Below, piece by piece: positions 54,141-64,000 of a stretch of 64,000 nt of DNA. The DNA is from the human T2T-CHM13v2.0 reference genome, Homo sapiens. Each line of letters begins with the position of its first letter. Within the stretch, counting starts at the first letter, position 1. The notes beneath the pieces are model-generated. The model was not told the origin of the DNA. It saw nothing but the letters and a program-made list of their open reading frames with translations, and ran no database searches. The stretch lies in NCBI RefSeq assembly GCF_009914755.1, contig NC_060928.1. One strand, 5' to 3'. A program made the translations under genes and the position numbers.

Positions 54141-54959
54141 CCGCATGTAGGTGTTCCTTTAATTGCAGTGTAGATTGGGTACAGTCGGTAGAATTCTCTT
54201 CTGGACATTTTCACTGGGCCAAGGCTTTGTGTAGGGTCTTTATTTGAAGCTGACTTTTTGCCTCTAGTTTCACAGAAGGGTATGATAATGAGGTATTTTT
54301 GGTGTTGAAGCTTTGGGTGTCATCTGGCAAGTGGCACTTAGGCTTATTGGTCAGTTGGTAGACTCTTGCTTGGTTGTGTGGCTCCCCTACGTATCTTCAC
54401 ATTGCAGCAGTGTTCCCTCTCAATGCTCTGAAAATGTGCGTTCCTCTCCCCCCTTGAGTGCTGGTTGTAGATCATGATTTGGCACTCCAGGGCTGCTCAA
54501 GGTAGCTCTGGGGTGATCTCAGTATTTACATTCCTTACCCAGCTTAGAGGTAGCAGAAGAAGGGATCTAGGTAGTGGTTGTGGCCAAGGGTCTTTTGCTT
54601 GTCACCTGAGGACTCCACCTCAGAGAGAAGCAGGTCAGCAATCATTCAGTAAAATCAGCCCGGGATGGAGGATCTGTGCTGTGGGGCCAAGCTAGGGGTT
54701 CCCTCTCTTGTGACAAGCAGTGGGGCATGCATGGGACCCATGTAGACAAATTGGCCTCCTCCCTTGAGTCGACTGCAGTTTGTTGGAGATGTGGGTGAGG
54801 CATTTAAGGTTTTTGCTCCTTTGTTAGTCCAAGGGCATGACAAGGGCTGTTCTCCTGCAGAGGCAGTGACAGAGGGGCTTTCAGTTACCCCTGGATGCTC
54901 GATCCAAGGAGTTGCTGAGTTGCTACTGTCTGTATAGCTCTGGCCAGGGGTGGCTGGAG

Positions 54960-55990
54960 ACCCCGGCCTGGAGGACCTGACTGGTGAGGAGTTTTGAGAA
55001 AGGGCAGCCCTATAACAGTCTGGCCACTTTCCTGTAGGGCTGTTGCAGTATGTTTGGGGTTTGCTGTAGTCCCTAGTTGCCTCAGATTTTCCAGCACTTG
55101 GAGGTATCACCAGTGAAGCCTGCAAAACAGCAAAGATGACAGCCCATTCCTCCCTCTGGAAGCTTTGCCCCAGGGAAGTAAGAGCCTGTTGCTGGCCTAA
55201 AGGCGCCTATAGGAAGTGTCTGCAGACTTCAGTTGGGAGGTCCTGCCCAGTGAGGAAAAACGGGATCAGAGACCCGCTTAAAAAGCAGTCTGGCCACATT
55301 TTGATAGGGCAGCTCTGCTGTTCTGGGGGTCCATTTCAGCCCCCTGTTGCCTCAGACGCTCCAAAGCCCAAAGGTTGGAATCACTAAGTCACCCAAACAA
55401 CAAATATGGTGGCATACTCCTTCCTCTGGGAGCTTCATCTCAGGGATGTTGCAAATCTCTGTCAGCAGGAGAACACCAGGGACGTTGGAGGCCCCAGTTG
55501 AGTGGTCCTGCTGAGTGAGGAGGAGTGGGATGAGGGACCCGCTTAAAGTAGCAGTCAGCCTACATTTTGGCAAAGCAGCCGGGCTGTGCTGAGGGATCCC
55601 TTCTGTCCCCATTGGCTGGAACTCTTCAAAGCCCAAAGGCTGAATCGGCTAAGTCATCCAGACAGCAAAGATGGCAGCCCACTCCTTCCTCTGGGAGTGC
55701 CATGCCAGGTGGAATTTCAAATTTCTATTGGCTGGAGAACATAAGCAGGGGTGGTTTGAGGCCCAATTGGGAGATTCCAACCAGTGAGGAGGTATGGGAT
55801 TGTGCACCTGCTTGGATAAGCTGTCTGGCCATGATTTGGTAGAGCTGCTGTGCTGTGCTGGGGGATCCCTTCTGCCCCCAGTTGGTTCAGACTTTCCAGA
55901 TCCCAAAGTCCAGAATGGCTAAGCTGCCCAAGCAGCACAGATGGTGGCCTGCCCCTCACCCTCGGAGCTCCTTCTTAGGGAAGTACAATG
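54960..55990 (-). repeat. ~4 diverged tandem ~268-bp monomers in the L1 5'UTR
   Basis: A CAGCAAAGATG-like anchor recurs at 55128, 55398, 55663 and 55933 (periods 270, 265, 270). Confidence 0.85.
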
Positions 55991-57149
55991 CTGCTACTAG
56001 GGGCTGGCTGGAATTCCAAATCAGTGGGTCTTATCTTGTGAGGTGCCGTGAAAGTGGGGCCTGCAGGCTGTTGCTACTCTGCCAAGACTCCAAGTAGCTC
56101 TGTCTGTCAGACTGAAGGTCCCAGTGGAGTGGTTCACAAGGAGATTTCCTGACCTGAGGGTTGCAAAGATCCACAGGAGAAGCACAGTTTCCTGGGGTCA
56201 CTCATTCACTCATCACTTCCCTGGATGAGGGAGGTTCCTTTGGCTCCATCTCCATGCTGCTCCCAGGTGAGCTCTTGTACTGCCTTGTTTTTCTTCATTC
56301 TCTGTGGGGGTCAATTTGTTTTCTTGATTAGTCCCAATGTGAGTACCTGAATGTTTCGGTTGAAGGTGTTGTATTTACTCGTCCCTTCCATTTCTTTCTG
56401 TGAGAGCTAGATATCCATCTCAGCCACTCCCTACCAAAAAAAAAAAAAAAAAAAAACATTCTAAATTTCTTCTACCCAAGGTTTTCATGGTTTGTTGGAT
56501 TATCCACCTAGAATTTCTGAGATTTCTTCCAATGCCATCAAGTGTAAGTGTGCCCTGTAGTTACACACAAGTTTTATTTCATGAAGAAGACACCTCAAGT
56601 GTCTCCTGGCATCTGTTCTTGAAGCAGACACTTCCTGGCTGTGAGACTGCATATTAGCAGTTGCCCCTAAGGACTGGCTGCAGATGTCATCACTCCCATT
56701 GGGTCTCCTTGGCATTGGCTCTCAGTGTATTCCAGAGCCTGTTCCTCCTAGCAGGAACAACTCTCAGAAGTCCCATTTGGTATGGCTCAGAGACGGTCCC
56801 AATGTCTTGTCTACTGCAACTCTTAGACACCATGAGCAATTCTCTCTTTACTCTTGATGTGGTCTCTGTAGGATGGTTCTTAGCATTAGTTCTTCCACAA
56901 ATTTTCCAAAATCTTTTCACTTCACTCAGAGTTAAATCCAACTCTGTAATAGTGTCTCCAAGGCAACATCAAACATCAGTACCTTCTCCTGTCCCTACCT
57001 CTTACCCGACACTTGCCACCTTGGTCTTCAGGCAAAGGACGCGCCATCCTCAAAACCATTGCACTAGCTGTTTCTTTTATCTTTTTTGGAGCTTAAGATT
57101 ATTGCATTATTTTTGATATTGTTTCTAAGGCACAATGATTGTGAGAAAA

Positions 57150-57480
57150 AATAGCAGGAATAAAACAGTAAATTAAAATTCAGTGTGATACAATTTAGGA
57201 TTATTTTTTGGTGTATGGGGTGAGGTGAAAGTACATAGAAAATACAATCTAATAGGCAGGAGGCTATTCTTCCAAAAAGAAGTGCTGTTTAAGCTGAGGC
57301 CTGGAAGATAAGGAGTGGGCCAGGCAAATTTAAAAGGGAAAAATATCTTGGTATAGGAAGAAGGTACTCCCTGCTCAGACACAAGGGAAAATCTGGTGTA
57401 CTCTGGGAGAGACACATGGTTGCAGCTATCATAGAACCTAAAGCTTACGGGCTTTTTCTTGAAGAGTGAGGATCAACATA
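57150..57480 (-). mobile_element. L2 fragment
   Basis: CAGGAGGC...TTTAAGCTGAGGCCTGGAAGATAAG.AG. Confidence 0.55.
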
Positions 57481-57810
57481 TATTCAGAAAGATTATTGCA
57501 CAACTACGATTTTTCCTTCCAAATGCATGTCATTTTATGAATTTGAGTCTGATAAGCAAATATAATTTTCAAAATATATAATCAAGGTCATTAATGAAAT
57601 TTATTAAGTACACCATTCAGAAAATGAAAATGGAAATTATGTATATAAAAAATTGAAGACTTGTTCCTGAAAAGATAAAAAAAACTACCACAGAAAATAA
57701 GATTGATAAAACATTTAATAAAATAGAGAAAGAATCTTTTTTTGAGGTGCAAATATGAACTTTTTCTCACTCCTACTATCTAAGAGCAAATGTCTGTCAG
57801 AGATGGGGGT

Positions 57811-58267
57811 TGTATTCCCTTTCTATTACTGCTGTAATAAATTACCACAAACATAGTGGCTTCAAATAACACAAATGTATTGTCTTATAGTTCTGTAGGT
57901 CAGAAGTCTGACACCAATAATACTCCAAGGGAGAATCCATTTCTTGCCTTTTCCAGCATTGTGTGCCTCCTGTTACCATTTCTATATCCTCAAAGCCAGC
58001 AAAGACAGATTGAGTCTTTCCTCATTGCAACCTCCAACCTCCACTTCAGCCTTGCTCTTCCACTATTGAGGGACATTATGAATACATTATTCCTATCCAG
58101 ATGATCTAGCATAATCTCCCCATTTTAAGGTGAGCTGATTAGCCACCTTTATTTCATGTAAAACCTTAATTACCCTTTGTCCTGTGAACTGACATATTCA
58201 TAGTTTCCAGGCGTATGTAGATTATCATCCTTGGGAAGGAGAGTAATTTTCCTCTTTCCCTACTATA
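57811..58267 (-). mobile_element. MLT1D/E-like MaLR LTR
   Basis: TGTATT...CTGCTGTAATAAATTACCACAAAC.TAGTGGCTT...AGTTCTGTAGGTCAGAAGTCTGACA. Confidence 0.85.
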
Positions 58268-58797
58268 AGATAGAGTGTTCGTGTGTGTCTTCCTTTTATC
58301 TTTATTAAAACATCTAGAGTTTTGTATATTTGTTTAGTCTGTTTCCTATCCTGGTAGTAAACAGGTCTAAACAAATTCAGGAACCTGATCATATCCTATA
58401 CTTTGCTTTTCATTCGACTTATAGACTAGATTAAAAACAGGAAATGAACCACTGATGAGTCACTTTCCACCTGACTTTTTAATATGTCCATGATGTTATT
58501 GCATAGAGAATAACTATAAAACCCCCTTTTGCCAGCCACTGTCTATGCCTCAATATTAATGTTGTATTATCAAGATGCAATATGTATTTTTTCGCATTGA
58601 ATGCTCCTGTTTGATAAAGTAGGTAGTCAAAGCTCTAAGAGTACTTATTTTCCTCAAAGGACAAAATAACTCAGTTTTATGTAGAAGGAAATATGCTTTC
58701 CAGGTATATATATTTATTAATTTACTTATATAATAATAACCTAAAGTTTGATAAAAATATTTGGTCTTTATGCTTATTCTTTAAGCCCCTTGAGGAA

Positions 58798-59050
58798 TGT
58801 GTTGGAATGTGCTAACCTAATTTGGATGAGCTGGATTCTACATTCACAGAATCCCCTTCACTCTATGTTCCTGTGATAGAATTGGACAGAAGAACTTGTG
58901 GAAGATTTAAAGATGGAAGCATAAGAAAGCCTTTTTAATTCTAGGAACTTATTCCTCATGATTGTGGGAAAGAGGTGGGATGTGTTGTCAGGAGGTTTCT
59001 CATGGTTGTGTTGGTTGTGAATGTTGAGAATTGTTGCAGTCCCCCAGGTA
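58798..59050 (+). mobile_element. MLT2E/F-like ERVL LTR 5' fragment
   Basis: AGCTGGATTCTACATTCACAGAATCCCCTTC.CTCTATG resembles the MLT2F 5' end. Confidence 0.5.
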
Positions 59051-61539
59051 CCTCTTATACCTTTTAACTCAAATAGTCCAGGTCTCGGCTTTAATCTAAC
59101 AATACAGATATTGGTGACTCAAAGCTCAGCATAAGCAAATGGAATAAATCAGTCTAGTTTTGCTATATATTATTCTCCAACAATTATTCTGAATGTTGTC
59201 ACGAGTCCTTGTACTTTTCTATTCGTTGTTTTTGAAATTGGAGCACCCTAAGGGCAATATTTCTACAAGTATTTGAGGCTCTATTTTTGTTGTTGTTGTT
59301 GTTTTGTTTTTTAGTTTGAGTACATCTGTGTGCTTTGTACTTTTAAGGGTTTTCCATTTTTTTATTTTCAAATTTCTTTGAGGATTCTCTTTTTTCTAAA
59401 CTGTTCTAAGATTTTATTTAAAAATACCTTATTTCACATCTAGGCACTTAGGGGAACAAGAATTACTTTATGTGCCCTGTCTTCCATCTTTCTAAAGTTT
59501 AGTTTCAATATTTATTGACAAAACACACTTTTATTTAAAGGTGATGATGAGATTAAGTAATTTTTATATATGAAGGGGCCCAGAGCCTGCTAGAACTCAA
59601 TTAAAATTATGATGACCTGGGCAAAGAGTTAAATTTTCTTATTTACCTTGGCTATATTTATATGCAAAATATTATAGTATACATATAAAAGGAAAAATGT
59701 AAAACTTTGAGTTTTTTTTACTTTTAGATACTTGTGATAAGCATGTATTTATTATTCCCACCTCATTCTTACTGATTTTAAGAACTTAAAACTGGATGAA
59801 TTCCATGTGGAATATTCTGGGATTTCTAAATTCAGCTGCATAAACAGCACCTCAAAAGACAGAAAAATTGTAATCAATATTCTTTGAGATTGTGTTATTT
59901 AATACCAGTAAAACATCACTATATTGATCACTGGGACCTGGATCTCCATCATAGAATGATAATTTGTACAGTTTATTAGCTGTAAAGTTGTATTTAGACA
60001 TGAAGACAAAATACAATACTACATTCTATACCACCCTCAAATATTGCCATATGTTATGAATACATAGGTGGGTACAACTCAATGTCAGGATTATTGTTAG
60101 ATGTTTTAAGCACTATAGATACCAAAAATATAACTGCAGACCTATTGAATTTAGCTGTCATTATATCAACCTAACTGTATATTAATGTTAATGGCAACCA
60201 ATCAGTATAGACTTTAGTAGATTGTAGAGAAACATAAACCTCCCTTAATGTTTCCAAAAGATGGTGTGTCCATGTGTACCACCTTAAGACTTGAAAATAG
60301 TTGTGACAGTTCTCTCCTTTTTCTCCCTTTCTTCCTTGTTTCATCTCTGTCATTTTTGTTTTTGGGGACGTAATGGAAATGTTCCAGAAGTTTCTATGCT
60401 GAATTCCCCTCATGTTTCATTAGATGCAACTAGGCCAAATACTCCTGCCATTACCAATAAATCAAATGGAACATCAGTGATTGGCTTAACCTTATGTTAA
60501 GCATGTTTTATCTATGGACCAAGGGCAATGTTTGCCTTCCCTATCTTATAAGGTGACAGGTTGGACACCCATGAAAGAACGCCAGCAAGGGAGACAAGTC
60601 TGTGTATGTAAACAACAACTGACAGTGTAGGATGCACACTTTCTAATATGTGTCTTTGTGTCACCAATACCTAAAACCATGCATAAGTGAGTTGCTTATT
60701 AAATTCGTCCTGCCTAAATACTAAAAACTCATGTTCAGTCTGTTCTGCCACCTCTCTATTACAATGGAATATAATACACTATCCATTTCTAAGATATTTA
60801 GTGAAGAGCATTCAATAAATACCAAAGGTGACTTAAACAACAAGGAAGTCATTTCACAAAGGTACAGCACTCTTTGCCTAATATAGAAATATCTTCCTGA
60901 GTTCACTCAGTTAAAAAAAAAGGGACAATCTGAAAGAGTAAGGGAGTTTCAGGTCAAGAAGGAGGTGAAGGTTCGTAAAAGGTGTACAGTATATGACAAG
61001 CAATATGTTAGGCTCTTGAAGAATGCTCAAGAAATAAAATGTCCATTTCTTTCCAAACTATCTAGTTATTTGAGCTTTTTTTGTAGTTTGGTCATGAATG
61101 CCAAAGCAATTTATAAGCCAAAAAAGAGACCCTGTAGTAAATTACAAATATAGGACAGAAGACAATGTCTTCCCTATATATCTTAATTGATTTTAATAAT
61201 TAACAGAATAAGTTTCTTCCTTTTCACTCAAAATTCATGAGTTGTCTAGGAAACTAAATATAAAAGAATATCTATTTCACAGAAACTTTCTTCTTATGGC
61301 TCTTTGTTCTGCTTTTCTAACACCTACTTCAACATTCTGATCTGATATTATTGACAAAAAATTGTGAAGGGACTTAAAAGCAGGTATATTTTGCTGGCTT
61401 TAGATCAGTATAATGAGAAGCTAGAATCTTGTAGACATAAGCTCTCTGTAATGCTTACAGAAGCAGGTGCCTGTGTGTGTTTATTATTTGTTTTGCTTTA
61501 TTTTGTGCTTTTGTATTTGAAGGAGTAAGAAACAATTTA

Positions 61540-61710
61540 AAAAGTATAGGTCTTAGAGTTACACGCACCCGGCTTTAAATTCTGTTTCTACGAGAAGCAA
61601 TTAACTTATCTGTTGCCCAATTTCTTCATTTACAAGTATCTAATTAGTTTTATAAATCACAAAAATATGTATTTCCTGAGACAGTATATGCTTAACAAAT
61701 GATAGTTATT
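61540..61710 (+). mobile_element. MIR fragment
   Basis: TTAGAGTTA.AC...TTAACTT.TCTG..GCC..TTTCTTCATTTA...ACAGTATATGCTTAACAAATG. Confidence 0.55.
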
Positions 61711-64000
61711 TATATTTTATTAACTATAGTTCATTGATGGGATATATAACCACTACTTCAATCTGAAGCATATTATTCAAGACTTATTTTAGATCTTTAG
61801 GATTTTGGATAGCTACTTAGTTCATACAGATTTTTCAGCTAATATTATTGGCCATTCCAACTTAACTAATTTTTATTTAAAAAATATTTTGCATGGCCAG
61901 AATACAGAATGGCTATGTCTATGTCCATAGTATTTGCTTAAAGATAAGCTTTGATTGTAGAATTCCAATTAAAAGTAGAATTAACCTGACACTTTCACCA
62001 TATATTACTCAAGGAAAAAGAATGGACAAAACAGCCTGTACATTATCAAAATATTTTCTCTAATCAGTTATAATTAACATGAAGTAATAGGATTTTTCTA
62101 GCTTTCCAGCTTTTCAAGATGAATTAATTTCGAGATCGCCCACCCTACTAACTTCTGACTTGGCGAAGTGAATTCACCAATTAGGTTCACAGCAGATTAA
62201 TTAGCTGGTAATTTAGAAAGTTAATCATCATTCAATGGTACTTATTAAGTGTCTTCATGCCCGTGAAACTGGTGTTAGAAGATTGGTGTGGGAGAATTGA
62301 AATCTCGCTTGAAGAAACATTTAAGTGGTTTTGACATCCCAGCTCCAACCTAAAAATATATGCCCTTGGTGCTGCTGCTCAAGCCCTTTTATCACTATTT
62401 AAGAACAGGTGTTAAACACAATGTATGCAAAAATGTGTAAGAAACATACTACATGTGTGGAGTCTTCATAGTTTTCCTTAGAGACTGATTGAAGTATATT
62501 TCACATTAAATATTCTGAAATAATTTTCAGCATTCTGTGCACAACCTGCAATCTTTGTTTTTTTCCCTTCTTTCTCTGAAGACTTTTTCATGTTCTGTCT
62601 CAGTTCAATGATAAAAATCAATTTTGTGATTTCTTCCTCATAGCTAGTGGAAATTTGTTCAAATCACAAAGTTACTACACGATTTGCCCAATTCAGCAGA
62701 AATTTACCTGCCTTGGTTCACTCAGTTCAAGAGAAGCCCAATTTGGAATAGCAAGGAAGTTTTAGATCAGGAATGAAGCGAATAAACAAAGTTTGTAAAG
62801 TACTCAAAGAAATTGTGACCAGCTAAAGCCAACCGGTTAGACTTTTACTTTTAATGTCTATGCCTCCCTAAATGTTTATATAATATTTACTACAAATGTG
62901 AAAATAAAATAGTCTTGTGTATATGTGTGTGGTCACACATGCATAAGCACCTGAACACATATTCAGAATTTCCTTTAAAGTAATATACTTACATTTTTAT
63001 GTTCAGAGGACTGCAGAGGGTAGTAAACATTGCTTGGCAAGCTGCAAGAACCTTCATGGATTTCTGTAAGCTGCATTTTTTTCTTTACTTTACTTTTCTA
63101 TATTTGTGAGAGCTAAGAAACAATGATTCACCTCTACACTTTGCCATCCTTGAACCGTTTGGAAATTACAGACATATTCTTTAGTTTAGCTGCTAGGCAT
63201 AGAAATTTCTCTTATACATAGGCAATTCTAGCAAAACGTTCACCAAAACAGGTTTTATTGGTAAAACTCTAGTCAGTTTCAGCAAAGGTTTTTTTTTGTT
63301 ATTGTTGTTGTTGTTGTTTTTAATCCAACCTTTCTGGCACATGGTGCAGAGCAAGCCTGCTCTCTTTTTTCTGACCTTCCTGTAACTACAGAACAGCAGG
63401 CTCAGCTACACCTTTAACCTTGCATCTCCTCTTTAACAAAATAAGCAATTACAATATTTGCTCCTTAAGGCCATTCCATAGAGGAATTTTAGAACCAACA
63501 ACTTCAGAGACATAATATCCTAGATCAGCTTGCTGCAATACTGTGAGCAGAAACTTTTGTGAGATTTGCAATCACCTAATTACCTCCTGCAAAGTGAGAA
63601 GAGCAGAAGTAGAAGCAGGCAAGGTGAGAAGATATTTGGAGCATCTTAACAGCCAACAGAGCCTGCATTTCCAGAAATACCGATTAGTGCAAATGGTCAA
63701 GATAAAATAGCTCTCAATTTTATGCCAAGAAGTCCACTACTACACTTTTTAAAATGTTTTAGACTATTTTTTGTAGTTAGTACATCCTCTTATTATTTTT
63801 TTAAAATGCTAGTAGAGGCAAGATGGATCTTTATATAGAGAAGAAAAACCTTCTTTACTGAATTATATTTCAATGTTTTTTAAAAGTGCTCTTCCTGCAC
63901 GTTTCACTCTGGGAGGAAGAAACAATTTTGTGATGATTTGGGTAAATAACTTCTTGCTTCTAATACTTGCCAGAATCTTATCAGACAAATATAAACACTC

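Larger units (their letters stand above)
52344..56431 (-). mobile_element. Old L1PA (L1PA12-13-like) with 5'UTR, ORF1, ORF2 endonuclease domain and 3' end; most of ORF2 internally deleted
   Basis: The 3'UTR (52344-52550) is joined directly to the ORF2 EN region (52551-53052). The ORF1 remnant spans ~53100-54140 and the long 5'UTR ~54140-56431. Confidence 0.93.

Noticed and set aside
56436-56456. Poly(A) as the tail of a separate retrocopy
   Set aside because: It sits at the 5' end of the minus-strand L1 and resembles an expanded copy of the AAAAACA(A/T)T target site seen at ~52336.

Overview
AT-rich, CpG-depleted primate (human-like) genomic DNA, either intergenic or deep intronic. I can support no protein-coding exon, tRNA, rRNA or CRISPR array. 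The ORF track consists of chance ORFs and Alu, L1 or LTR translations. The recognisable content is decayed transposable elements: a THE1 MaLR, several MLT1/MST/MLT2 LTRs, a MER4-group LTR, a MER11 (HERV-K11) solo LTR, seven Alus plus a FAM, L1PA/L1MA/L1MC pieces, L2, MIR and MER8/MER5/MER33 DNA-transposon relics. One near-full-length old L1PA has a monomer-array 5'UTR and has lost most of ORF2. I found no evidence for a new gene system. The most interesting signals are structural: (1) a 78-bp copy of the local THE1 LTR sitting in a quasi-palindromic AT tract 1.46 kb away; (2) a 225-bp tandem duplication with polarised divergence around an overlapping NF-kB/STAT6-like motif; (3) an unexplained 30-bp paralogous core 2021 bp apart; (4) several fold-back or template-switch scars; (5) a few non-repetitive candidate enhancer patches. 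Subfamily names come from remembered consensus sequences and are approximate. Boundaries of old repeats are good to roughly 20-50 bp.
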